From Podarcis bocagei (Eukaryota): 64,000 nt of DNA. The stretch is taken from assembly GCA_964188305.1 (NCBI GenBank), contig OZ076893.1, one strand, 5' to 3'. A program made the translations under genes and the position numbers. The notes beneath the pieces were generated by a model that did no database searches, was not told the origin of the DNA, and worked only from the letters and a program-made list of their open reading frames with translations. Positions 38,616 through 51,150 of the stretch are shown piece after piece (within the stretch, counting starts at the first letter, position 1; each line of letters begins with the position of its first letter).

Positions 38616-38655
<40 letters not shown>
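38616..38655. repeat. (GT)n microsatellite
   Basis: Read directly. Confidence 0.98.
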
Positions 38656-38658
<3 letters not shown>

Positions 38659-39279
38659 CATATAACATACCACCACCCCTTTTCCAGTTACAGCCAGATT
38701 TGCCCCCCAGTGCCATATTTTGAGGAGTGTGCTCTAATTTTTTGCCATTATCCAAAGTAGTTTCCCTCCTACTATTCCCAGATTTTGAGGCAATTCTTAA
38801 AACAGAAGTATTAAAAAAAATACTACCACCATATCATATATATGAAGTGCGCAATCAATCATTTTCTCCCTGTCTCTGGATGGGGTTGCCACCTCCCCCC
38901 CCCCCATTGGGTTCCTGTACCTTTAAACAGATCTGTCACAAGCAGAAATTAAACAGGTGCAGACCTTTAAGGCACCGCTGTTGTTTTTCTGCCTATCCTG
39001 CAGCTGTTAAAGGCACAGGAGCCTGCTGGAAATGAAAGGTAACAATCCTAAGCTGGCTATACGTGGCTTTCTGCCATATGAACAATATTGGGTGCATCTA
39101 TCTGTATTTGAATATTTAGCCACACCTAAAACTGGGAGGTTGGGGCGATCACTCTCCTGCGTTTATCCACTCGGAGTTCAGCAAGAAGTTGTTCATTTTA
39201 ACAGCAAAGGAAGTTGTGCTATGTAGCATCTGGGTTCCTGGAGGGTTAAAAACAATCACCTGCGTTTGAAATGAGACTT

Positions 39280-39642
39280 GGAAGTAGGAAGTGTTGCTGT
39301 GGCTTGAGCTTCCTGTATAAATAAGTGTAGCTTTCTTACAGCTACTGCATATGTGCGCGACGTGCATTTTAAGAAATAATGGCAACATGCTCTTAATAGC
39401 TGGGAGGAGATTATTCTTCGGAGCGACGAGACGGTTGAGAGATGAGCCTTGCTCCAGACCTATAACGTGTGAAGCTTTCAGATGCTGGGAGAAGGAAGGA
39501 AGCGGCGAGAAATGAAACGCGTTTCTTCAGACTCTGAGCTTTTGCTGGCGGTGACATGTCTTGGAGGCGCTGAAGTGTGAGTGAAGCTATTGAAAAGTCA
39601 AACGTTTGGGAGCGAATCCTGCTCTCTTTTGGCAAGGTATGC
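39280..39642 (+). promoter_or_regulatory. Candidate RNF144B promoter and non-coding exon 1
   Basis: Local non-repeat CpG enrichment, tandem GGAAGT ETS cores (~39279-39292), TATAAATA (39316-39323), donor AAG|GTATGC at 39636/39637. Confidence 0.55.
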
Positions 39643-40188
39643 TGGGACGATCTGCATTTCTTTATAGCGGGGGCAATTAAGTAAGGGCTGTCGTTTTCCT
39701 TTCCAGTTCCTAAAGAGGAAAAGGAGGTGAAACCCAATCATTTTGGGTACTTGGTCTTTTTTTAAACATACACAGCCAGCACTGTAGTTCATCTGAGGCA
39801 AAAATGGGTTTCTTAGAAATTAAATGCCAATTAACTGCAGTAACTTATGCACTTTCTTTGCTAGGGGTGGTGAACTATGTTGGTTTTATCAGTACAGTAT
39901 AGCTTTGCAGAAATAAATGCTCACTTGTGTGGGGAAAACACTGAAAAGTCTTTAAGATGATTTCAAACCAAGTGATCATTTTAAATTTGTTCACTCCTAA
40001 TGGAAACTTCAATTCTGTTCTTTAAATAAAAGGACGATCTGAAAGATGCTAAGGAGAGGATATATTTGAAAAGATACATACTTTGTGTTTGTGTCATGTA
40101 ATTTGCAGCACAAGTCCATAAATACCTTGCATGGTGGAACTATGTCTGACTATAGAGACATAGTTTTTTGTTTTCTCTAATTGTTTTT

Positions 40189-40584
40189 TTTATAAAAATA
40201 ATATTTATTAATTTTCAACAATTTAAACACAACACTACAAAAAAACAAAGAAAAACAATACAATACAATACCGTACAAAAAACACTACACAACACTAACA
40301 CAAACAATAAACAAAACAAAAACCATTCAAAACACAATCCAATTTCAATATCTTATCTTTCATTCACATGTTTCCACGACCTCCTCACACCTCCCTTTTT
40401 GTCTTCCACTTCTATTAATTGTTTCAGCAATTCCTCTCCATCTTCCTCTATTTTCTATCCTATACTTATCTTAACACATTCTAACCTTATTTTTCCCTTT
40501 AATACCCTATTAATCTATCTATACCTAATTCCTTATAACATTTCTACTAAAGCCATATAACTTCCAACATTTTTCTAACATTCA
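40189..40584 (-). mobile_element. 5'-truncated L1/Tx1-type retroposed insertion with 21-bp TSD
   Basis: TTGTTTTCTCTAATTGTTTTT at 40168-40188 and 40585-40605; AATAAA on minus at 40204-40209; strong strand skew. Confidence 0.8.
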
Positions 40585-41167
40585 TTGTTTTCTCTAATTG
40601 TTTTTAAACTTCAGGAATAACATACAGAATATACATATTTTTAGTTCCTATTGTAGTTTTACTATTCTAGGCAGAAAATGAAAGCCACATGCTTATGTGT
40701 CTGCATATTTATAGTAATTTTGGATACAGTGTCTTGTTCCATCATCCTAGTGTGAAGTGCCTTTTGCACTTTTCCTGTGAATGACTGTTGCTTTAAGAGT
40801 TTGCTTCACAGAGTGTAAGTCAGTTATAATGCCCTGAACTCCAGTTAAATATATTGGAAGGTTTAAAGAAATGGTGTAGTATGATTTCTCTGCCTTAATA
40901 TGTGCCAGATATATTTCTGAAGATGCGGCTGCAGTATATGTGAAGTTGTGGGGATCTACTATTGTGGAATTTCTGTTCTTCTTTATGCCACGTTCACCTT
41001 AGCTGATAAACTGGGAATAAATGCAACACATGGGAAGAGGAGAATGATTATCATGCCTGCTGGACTTACACCTGCAGGGACCAGGAGGTCTATACCCATA
41101 GGTTCTGAATGTATGATTCCTATTTTCCTTTCCTGCAGGGTACAGGATATGTGTTCATAGCCTATGT

Positions 41168-41289
41168 CAGGTTTCCTCAAACTCGGCCCTCCAGATGTTT
41201 TGTGACTACAGTTCCCATCATCCCTGACCACTGGGATCATGGGAGTTCTAGGCCAAAAACATCTGGAGGGCCGAGTTTGAGGAAGCCTG
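41168..41289. mobile_element. Palindromic hAT-type MITE, 122 bp, perfect 8-bp TSD
   Basis: CAGGTTTCCTCAAACTCGGCCCTCCAGATGTTTT...AAAACATCTGGAGGGCCGAGTTTGAGGAAGCCTG; GCCTATGT at 41160-41167 and 41290-41297. Confidence 0.92.
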
Positions 41290-41452
41290 GCCTATGTGCA
41301 TTGGAGGTATGCGTGTTTGGACTTTTGCGCATAAATTAGTATCGGTGTCTGAGGTTCAGAGGCAGGATCTGCAGGTGTAAGCCCCATTCTGTCTTCCATG
41401 TGTACATGTATATTGAGCTTGGACACTTGTACAGGACTCTGAGTGGATACAG

Positions 41453-41812
41453 TCATGGAATCATAGAATCGTAGAGTTGGAAGGGACCCCAAGGGTCTCG
41501 GCTAAAGCATCCATGAAAGATGGTCATCCAACCTCTGCTTAGAAACCTCCAAGGAAGGAGAGCTCCCAACCTCCTGTCGAACAGCTCTTACTGTCAGAAA
41601 GTTCTGCCTGATGTGTATTCGGAATCTCCTTTCTTGTAACTTGAAGCCATTGGTTCGAGTCCTACCCCTCCAGAGCAGGAGAAAACAAGCTTGTTCCCTC
41701 TTCCACGTGACAGCCCTTTAGATATTAGAAGATGGCTGTTGTATCTCCTCTGTTTCCTCTTTTCCAAGCTAAACACACCCAGCTCCTTCAACCGTCCCTC
41801 ATAAGTCATGTT
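41453..41812 (-). mobile_element. CR1 LINE 3' fragment
   Basis: YEGRLKELGVFSLEKR motif; CR1-type terminal (ATTCTRTG)n repeat. Confidence 0.85.
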
Positions 41813-43663
41813 GCTTGGGCAGCAATCCCTTTTTAAGCTGAATGCTGTGGGTTTGGAGTTGTGATGAAGAGCGGCTGTTTCCATTGGGTGGCTTGAGCAA
41901 AGTTTGAGCAAATGATGTGACAAAGTTTCTGCCAGTTACACTTTACAACATATCCAAAAGGTTTTCTAATAGCATCCTCTTTCACTGTCGATTCAGCTTC
42001 TTTTTATTCTGCAAGCAACCTAAAGAAAGCTGGGCATGACTTCTTTGATTCCAAAGTCTTTATTCATCAGGTGAAACCTTTGCTCTGAGCTTGTTTACCT
42101 TTGTTTGGTGCTCTGAATGGAGCGGGCTCTTAAACTTGTGGTGCATTTCTGTTCTTCTAGAGTCAGAGGAGCTCTGGTTCTCTACTCTGTCTCCAAAACG
42201 ACCAGCATTATGTTCTTCATTTCTAAACTGAGCTCTTGGGGATGTGTCACTTAGTGGGTTTTCCCATTAACTACTTTGGGCAGTGAGTGTCTTGTCTTCT
42301 CCTCACCTCAGAATGAACTTCTGGTTTCCTGGAGCCTTGTTTTCAGTGGAAGGATGCCAGAGTTAGTCAGTAGGTACCAAACCACATGGTGACCAGAGTT
42401 AAACCACAAGGCGAAGCAACACGATGAAACCACAAGGTGCAGATACATTAAGGGCTTTAGTACACTCAGACCTGAAACTCTGCCCCTTTCTTGGCAAACA
42501 GCATGCTGATATTACCGTATGTGGCATGCGAAAGGTGCTGATCTTGGTTCCCAGTCAAGTTAAATGAGCTGGAATTGAGAATTGGATCAGGTTTGCCAAT
42601 TGTATATATCAGAGCTGGATAGCGTTTCTTTTCTTTTCTTTCTTTCTTTGGTACTGTAATTTTATGTTGTGAACCACTCTGAGATCTATGGGTATAGGGC
42701 AGTATACAAACAAACAAATTGTGATGGTGGTGGGAAGAGTTCAGTCCTCCCTCTACCTCCCAACCCCTCCAGCAGAATTAAGTTATAGGATGAGTAAAGG
42801 GGAACATGGCAGAAGGCCATTGGGAGGACTAGGCAAGAATTGCTTCCGGGAGCCACAGAGTAACCATGATAACTGGAAGACATGCCTGGATGCCCCTTTG
42901 CATACGAGCAATAAACCTGAAATGGTCAGCATCACTTTTCCTGGCTGTGCCCTTTTACAGCCACGAGAGAAACTTGCTCTGTTTTTAAAAAGGAAAGTTG
43001 ATAGCCTTGTTATTTTTTCTAAAAAAACCCTCCCAGTTCTACTGTTTGCTCTATTGCTTGCTCACCTAGTTTATAAAGTTGCTAGGTTGGTCCTGTATAT
43101 ATGCCTCTGAGCACTGGACTTTGGCATCTTTGGGAGAACATTGTCTACGTTTTGAAAATAAACTGTAGTAGGCAAATAAAGAGAAGCCTGTTGCCTTGAC
43201 CATAGCCAAGAAGGCAGGTGTTCTTAGCAAGGAATGCATTCAGTGGCAACAAGCTCTTAATCTGTACTGACTGAAATTTAGTAGAACACCAGAGTTTCTG
43301 ACTGTAAAGATTGACTCCTACTAAAAATGCAATTTTTGAGTGCTATTGAATCACTGGGGTAAGGTTACAGCATTTACAAGCGTTTACTTATCTGCCAGTG
43401 CCAAATACCTTTGTTCTGAGTTTTCATTGTCTTTGTGTTGCACATTAGCTGGGCCTTGCGTTAACAAGATATCATCATCATCACAATAATCATTTTAAAT
43501 TTATACCCCGCCTTTTCCCCTGACAGGGACTCAAGGCAGCTTCCGGATAGAAAATAATTAAAACATAGGAGGGAAAATCATTAAAAACAATTAAACATAG
43601 ATAGAATTAAAAACTATCCATCCATCTACATAGCATATAGATATTTACAGTAAAACTCACATT

Positions 43664-44020
43664 AAAGGTAAAGGTTAAAGGGACCCCGACCATTAGGTCC
43701 ATTCGTGACCAACTCTGGGGTTACGGCGCTCATCTCGCTCTATAGGCCAAGGGAGTTTATCCACAGACAGCTTCCATGTCATGTGGCCAGCATGACTAAG
43801 CCGCTTCTGGCGAACCAGAGCAGCGCACGGAAAAGCCGTTTACCTTCCTGCCAGAGCGGTACCTATTTATCCACTTGCACTTGACGTGCTTTTGAACTGC
43901 TAGTTTGGCAGGAGCAGGGACCGAGCAATGGGAGCTCACCCCGTCACAGGGATTCAAACCGCCGACCTTCTGATCGGCAAGTCCTAGGCTCTGTGGTTTA
44001 ACCCACAGCGCCACCCACAT
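43664..44020 (-). mobile_element. Sauria SINE, full length, minus strand
   Basis: Reverse complement of the same consensus; (AAAGGT)n at the left end. Confidence 0.92.
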
Positions 44021-44135
44021 TACCAGCTACATAATACGAAATTGATACTGCTGAACATTGCCAAACTTGGGCACACCTGCTTGTTTTTATGTATTCCAAT
44101 ACACACAATTTCTGTGGTTTCATGGGAATAGCTTG

Positions 44136-44136
<1 letters not shown>

Positions 44137-44223
<87 letters not shown>
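44137..44223. repeat. Compound (TG)n(AG)n microsatellite
   Basis: Read directly. Confidence 0.98.
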
Positions 44224-44226
<3 letters not shown>

Positions 44227-44611
44227 CGGCGGGGGGGGGTGTCTCTTCCAAATTTCATGTGATTACTAGGACCCTAAGCTGAAGCTCCAATGACCACAAT
44301 AAAAACAACCAAGAAATGCAGGAAGGAACCAATATAAGCAGAGTAACATGCAAAGTTTAGAGAAACTAAATTCCTTTATTCTGTTTGGGTCCTTTTTCTG
44401 TAAACAGGATCTTTAACTGTAGCAGCATTGTTACTTTTTGCTTTCTAGAACAGTAGTTGTATTGGTGTGTTGGACCAAAAAAATCCCTTGTATGCTTACT
44501 TGGGAGAGTAAACTCACTAGGGTAGGAAGGACCCCCATCTGAAATCCTGGAGAAGTACTGCCAGTCACTAGAGACAGTACTGAGATTGATGGACTAATGG
44601 TCTCGTGCAGT

Positions 44612-45375
44612 ATAGAAAGTTGGAAGGGACCCCCAAGGGTCATCTAGTCCAACTCCCTGCAATGCAAGAATCACAGCTAAGGAATCCCTGGCAGGTGGCC
44701 ATCCAACATCTGTTTAGGAATCTCCAATGAAGGAGAACCAACCACCTTCTGATGTAGTCCATTCCACTGTTGAACAGCTCTTACCATCAGAAAGTTCTTC
44801 CCAATGCTTAATTGGAATTTCCTTTCTTGTAATTTGAATCCATTGGTTCAAATCTTGCCTTCTGGAGCTGCAGAAGACAAGCTTTCTCCATCTTCCACAT
44901 GACATCCCTTCAGGTATTTGAAGACTGCTATCATATCACCTCTCAGTCTTCTCTCTTCCAGGTGAAACATACCAAACCCCTCAACTGTTCCTCATAAGGC
45001 TTGGTTTCCAGACCCTTGATCATCTTGGTTGTCCTCCTCTGCCTGTGTTCTAGCTTGTCGATATCCTCCTTAAACTGTGGTGTCCAGAACTGGACGCAGT
45101 ACAGATGGGGTCCAATCAAGGCCGAATAGAGCAGCACTATTATTTCCCTTGAGCTGGCCACTAGATGTCTGTTGATGCATCTTAGAATTGCATTAGCTTT
45201 TTTCTGCTGCATCAGATTCATGTTAAGCTTGTGGTTTACTAAGATCCCTAGATCCCTTTTTTACATCTACTGCAGTCAAGCCAGGTGTCCCTCATCCTAT
45301 ATATGTCCATCAGATTACTCCTGCCTTACAAATGTAGAACATTACATTTGTCCCTATTGAAATTCATTTTGTCAG
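44612..45375 (-). mobile_element. CR1 LINE 3' fragment (ORF2 C-terminus)
   Basis: KANAILRCINR..SREIIVLLYSALIGPHL.YCVQFWTPQFKEDIDKLE in ORF 44943..45221. Confidence 0.9.
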
Positions 45376-45458
45376 TAGAAGGCAGATTTACATGTTCTAA
45401 ATCAAGTAGGGTTTATGTCTAAAATAATATATTTATACCATATATTTAAATATGTATA

Positions 45459-45697
45459 CAGTGGTACCTTGGTTTAAGAACAGGCCTTAAACTGTTTCAG
45501 TTTAAGAACTCTGCAAAACCAGAAGTAGTGTCCTGGTTTGCGAACTTTACCTTGGTCTAAGAATGGAAGCCGAACGGTGGAAGGGCACCGGTGGCGGGAG
45601 AGCCCTTGTTAGGGAAAGCATGCCTCAGTTTAAGAACGGTTTCGGTTTAAGAACGGACTTCCGGAACGGATTAAGTTCATAAACCGAGGTACCACTG
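45459..45697. mobile_element. Tc1/mariner MITE, related family with a different interior
   Basis: CAGTGGTACCTTGGTTTA...TAAACCGAGGTACCACTG, TA TSD. Confidence 0.88.
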
Positions 45698-48600
45698 TAT
45701 TATGATATATATATTCATGTTATATTTAAATAAATACCTCTAAGAAAATCTACACGGGGTTGGAAATTCTAATTTGAGGTACTCACTGTGGAAAAATTGA
45801 AGCAGGGTGGCTGTTATTCCAGATTAGTTAATCTAGAGCACTTTTGTCTCTGTCTCCACACATTGTTGGCTCTTACTCTGCCCACCATTGTCTTGTGACC
45901 CTCAACAGAGTATTATTACCCTCAAGAGAATTCAGACCTTGACACAAAGAACTTTTTGCTCTAAGCTTTTTTCTGCGGACATTGGATTTTGATATCTGCA
46001 AGATTTGGCACTGACAAGTGGATGGCCTTGCACATGTTTCTGCCTCCTCACTACGTGTCCTTGCTTTCAGAAAACCTGGTCCTCATGTTATACAATATTT
46101 TTTGTTCCATACCCTTCAGTTATCTCCACTGCTCATTCCACTGAAGTTGCATCAAGGCTCTTTTTAATGGAGGCAAGCTTCCAGATTACTGCAGAGGTCT
46201 TTACATGGCTTTTGAGATGACAAAGTAAGGCAGGTTCCTTTGTGCCTTTTTGAGGAAGGAGGAAATGGTGATCAGAGTGAGGCACGACCACAATGCAGCC
46301 TTATTTTTTACAAACTAAAAATGAAAGCGCTGGCCGTTTGTGCCCACACTTACTCCCACTTAACAGTATTGACTTTTCAATGTTAGGAAGCTGAAGGCTA
46401 GTTTTAATGCTTTGCCTCTTTCCTCTGCGGTAGCCATGGGAATAATGAAAAAAAGCATTTATAAGTATATGGTATGAGTCATTGATATGGGAGATGGCAG
46501 TCTCTGTGTGAGAGGCATAAACATTTCACTGGAGTAACTTTTCAGCCAGATCAGAATGGAGTTGTAAACATGCTTAAGGATCAGGTAAGTGGTCTTGGAT
46601 GCCCAGGTAGCAATGGTGCCCAGAAGAGGAGCCTTTTACCTTCTTAGTATGCCTTCCATGTCCTTTTCTGGGTGCAGAAAGGATCTGGCTGTTCCCATAT
46701 GAACTTGCACAATTGACCTGGTCAGTTTTGTTGAAGGCCCTGCTTTCTGTGTCTTTACCGAAAGAGGTACAGTAAGTGAGTATGAAAAGCAGGGCCTTCT
46801 CACTGGAATTTTCCAGGCTGGAAGTCCCTCCATTAGGAAACTCACCTGACCTTTTCACTCTTAGGAGACTGATTAAGGCTGTTCTTCTGAGGAGATGGAG
46901 AACTTAGCTTTGATTCCCCCACCCCACCCCACCCACTGCTTTTCATAGTTTTTTGCTGCTCATTTTGTTCCTACTCCAGCTGCTTTGCTGGTGAGTGCGA
47001 CCTTGATTTTCTTAAAACATAAAACGTATTTCATATCTGTTGCGAAGCACTTTTGTTGCAGAATATTACATGGGTCCAGGTTCTCAGGCACAGTTCTTTG
47101 CCAGACCTGCAACCTCAGCTTTCTGGGAAAGATTAGATAAAGTCTGCAAAAGAACTGCAGGAAAGGATGGAGGAGCTGATCATGCAGAGGCCAGGTGTGT
47201 GACCCACGTGATCAGAAAAGAACGTAACTGTGTGCATCCAGGGCCGGGGTAAAGTTATGGCGGCAGAAGGACTCAAGAGTCATGGGCTCTTGGGTGTGAA
47301 GGTGAGAAAACAATTACAGGAAATCAGCAGGGGGTGACTGAACAGCAGGGCTGTTAGAATGGCCGAGGTGAACTGTCATGAATAGAGGAGTGCCAAAGTG
47401 CATCAGTATCAACTATGGCCCTGAAAAAATAGACCAGGTTTTATTGTGGCTAAACCCTATATTTTGCTTTGTTTGCTATTCACCTATCTAGAAAATACTT
47501 AGATTTTTTTATACACAGTTGATGTACTTAAATGGAAGATAGTGGACTTTATTACAGGAGATGTCTCAATCCTTTTAAAGATGAACATGGGATGATAGGA
47601 AATATGTATCTGGGAGGAAAAATGGATGATCCTGTGACCCACATGTATGGCACAAATACAGTAATAAAATAATCAGCTGGGTGCCTGAATTAAAAAATGT
47701 GGGGCCAAATTCACCCTCCAGCAGGAGAGAGCACCCAATAGAAGAGTAGTTTGGCAGCAGCATAATGTGAGGATATAGGTTGTTAGACCCTTTTATCCTG
47801 CTTGATTCCATACAACATTTTCCACTTTCTCCCCCTCTTGCAATGAACAGACCGCACACTGTTAAGTTTAAAATGCTTTACTTACAAAATGTTCCAAAGG
47901 TCAGATTTGTGCATTTATCCAAGCAGCAGCAAGGAGAACACATGCAAAATATCTTGGGTAGAAAATACAGAAAGATAGTTCCAAACACCTGCTCTAAGCT
48001 TGCAGCTTGCTTGGACCCGTCTTTCTTGGTCAGTTACATGGTGCAGAGTGAGTGAGGAACAGGAAGAGAAGGCTTCACTTTCCCTTTTGCTGGAAAAAGG
48101 GGGCGTAACCTAGCTGAGTCTAGGAATCCAGCTCTTTTAAACCCTTCAAGTGCTAACTAGCACTCATGTATAGTTATGTTTGACTGCACTATCCCACAAT
48201 ATGTGTCCTTTGCTTGGTTGTAAGTTAATACAGTGGTGTATTATGAAGAACCACCATTACCAAATGTGTGGACAAGCGACTTAATAGAACAGTGGCTTTC
48301 ACATGTTCTGTCTTCAGGATGTGTCTGTCACAGAACCTCTGCAGCGACTCCCTCAGGCATTGAATTCTGTGGCATGCTATAGGAGGCACAATGCAAACTG
48401 AGTTTGCCCCCCTCAGCACTCTTCTTTTGCATGTAGAAGATGGAAAGCTTTCTTTCTAAAATGAAGCTGGTCTCCCTTTAGATATATTTTTCAGGAACCT
48501 GGGGGTTTCTCGGAGTATAGTTTGAAAACCACTTCTATAGACTGAAACTACATACTCTGGCACAGAACAGCTATATACACTTTGTGAAGCATTATTGCTC

Positions 48601-49642
48601 TCTTCAGTTAATCAGATGTTGAATTAATAAGAAGTGAGTTCTATCTTTTGCTTTTAATGTCATGTGGAAGTATCACAACTGTCAATGAGTATTTTTTGTA
48701 AGAACCCATTATAGTTGAATGTTAACAAACATCTGCTCAGTTTGCCAAATAAGAGTTTAGCCTCATGAAATGTTAATCTTGATACTCTCTGTCTTGCATT
48801 GGGGAGGCGGGAACTATCCTGTTCAAAACACTGGGAAATGTTATGAATCTTGGCATACAAAAGAGGGTTTTCTTTTATCTTGTTGGTTAATTTCACTTCC
48901 ATGGTTGTTTCTGTCACTTGAAAATATAGGCCTTACTATGCAAAAGTGAACTAATTCAGTTGCACAAATCTGAACTACATCTGAAACCAATTATCCAAAT
49001 TTCCAGTTGAACTAAAGATGAATAAAATTCATTTTGAAATAGAATTTTGAACAATTTCTAGTTCATCTTCACATTGATTCTTTCCCATCCACCCCCAGCC
49101 AAAGATTCAGATTCTTAGCTTTCATTTTTAAAAAGCAAGTCAATTGAACATATATAAAAAAGTCAGTAATAAAAGAAGCAGCAGCAAAATTCTAAGGCTT
49201 ATTAGGCAGATATGGAGGTGCTACTGTTTCTACTGTCACTTAGTAATCAGGAATGAAAGGCATTTCCTGTATCTTCCCTGCTGAAGAGATATTCTATCTT
49301 CCAACAGGAGTACCTTGCCACAAGAAGTACTGGTACAATAACAAAGTGAATCATGCCTTGTGGCTGACACATATTAAACTGGGCAAGCCTTTTCTATTAT
49401 GGAGAAAGTGTCACCTGTTGACATTTTATCTGTCAGATACCTTATTACTCATTTGTGGTCCCTGATTTACTTTTGGACCCTATAGTTCAACACAGCAGTT
49501 TGCAATGTTCTGAATGTTGGGGGGAGGGAATATTGGGGATGAACTTTTAATGAACTTGAACTGAAGTAGTTAGTTTTGTAAAAAAGCAGCCTTGAGATGG
49601 AACTAGTTTCTTATTAAACAGGATGAGCTTATACTACAATTG

Positions 49643-49644
<2 letters not shown>

Positions 49645-49690
<46 letters not shown>
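49645..49690. repeat. (AC)n microsatellite
   Basis: Read directly. Confidence 0.98.
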
Positions 49691-49693
<3 letters not shown>

Positions 49694-50409
49694 TTGATGG
49701 CAAAATAACATCAACACCTTGTACCGTAGCTCCTCTTCCATCTTGGTTCTTTTTCCTGTCACTTGTGTTGAATTGGTTGCAAGCAATATAAAAGCAATCT
49801 GTGCATATCATTCTTTTAAACAGATGAAGCACTTGTTTATCTTCCCCACGTATTCTATGTTCCGTTGGCAGATTAATCTTTGAACATATTTTCTTAAAGT
49901 GTATACGAGATGATAATAAAAGATTAGAAGTCTGTTTGTGGTGTAGTGCCATAGATAGACAGGAGAACTTTTAAAAGCAAACAAAGTAAAGGTTTGCTAA
50001 GTATGAATACTGTGCTTGCGTGCTTTCTAAAGGTTCCTGGTCTAATAGATTTTAAAGGTTAAGTAAATGTAGTCCAACTTTAGTTTCCCCTCAACATTAG
50101 TCTGATATGTTTTTCTCTTGCGAGGTCTAGTTTTCACTTAACATTTGTGGTACTTAGAATTTCACCCAGACAGTAATCTGAAGATGCTTGATATTGTTCT
50201 GTCTCTGTTATGAAGCTAAGCTGGACTGGTCCAAGTAAACCCCTCATTGGGGACCATCACATAACTCCATGTGTACTTGGAGAAAGGGCTGGATATAAAT
50301 GTTAACAGATTTAAAGTTAAACCAAACTATTCTTATCTAATACCTTTTCCTGAGGAAGAAGATAGGTAGTCAGTCCCAAATGCCTTGATTTGGCCTCAAG
50401 ATGATGATG

Positions 50410-50635
50410 ATGGCGATTATTATTTGCACATATAGTCTACCTTTTTCTCCAAGAAGTTCAAGTTGGTGTATGTGGTTCCTCATCCTATTCAGTTTATTTG
50501 CACAACATCCATGTGAGGTAGGTTAGGCTGAGAGGCAGTAATTGGCCTAGTGAGTTTCATGGCTGTGTGAGGATTAGAAGTCTATTCTCCCAGACCCTAG
50601 TCCAGTACTCTAACCACTACACCACAACTGGCTCT
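50410..50635 (-). mobile_element. Old MIR/Ther1-like SINE
   Basis: CACAAC..TGTGAGGTAGGTTAGGCTGAGAG...TAACCACTACACCA; similar remnants at ~28730-28910, ~18670-18790 and ~2345-2510. Confidence 0.6.
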
Positions 50636-51110
50636 AAAAAATTGGTAATGGCTAACTAATGTCCCTAATTAATCCTGATTGTGAATTCCACTGTGTCTGG
50701 AATAATAGCAAAAATGTATTTAAGCCTCTTTATTCTGTTGTGTTCCTGGTTAACAGGTTTTTGGATGAAACATCTTTTTGTGCTTGGTGGGGTGTTTGTG
50801 TTTTTGTGTGGAAGACTGTGGATTTGCACTGACATGTAGCATGATAACTTTTAAGTGCACTATTAACTTCTTTTTAGTTATTACTTCAATCCCGGGAACC
50901 CTAGTTCGTGGTCCTTCAATTATATATTATAGTGTATTATATTACAGCAATCAGGCTTGAGACCCTTCAGGTTATAACTATGTGCCTTTTCATGTTATAT
51001 CTAGGACAAGGAAAGATCAAAAACTTCAGTTGGCTGGCAGTTCTCTCAGCAATAAATCCTTGTTTGTTTGAAGAGGCTACTCCCAGTAATGTATTATGCA
51101 ACCTGAACTT

Positions 51111-51112
<2 letters not shown>

Positions 51113-51147
<35 letters not shown>
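51113..51147. repeat. (GT)n microsatellite
   Basis: Read directly. Confidence 0.98.

Positions 51148-51150
<3 letters not shown>

Noticed and set aside
40168-40560. 130-aa plus-strand ORF
   Set aside because: Low-complexity antisense reading of the retroposed insert.
42878-42897. Full p53 response element
   Set aside because: AGACATGCCT is a perfect half-site but the adjacent decamer does not fit RRRCWWGYYY; the same holds for AAGCATGTCT at 57415-57424.
46574-46858. Overlapping minus-strand ORFs as a possible pseudogene
   Set aside because: I could not match either translation to any protein family.
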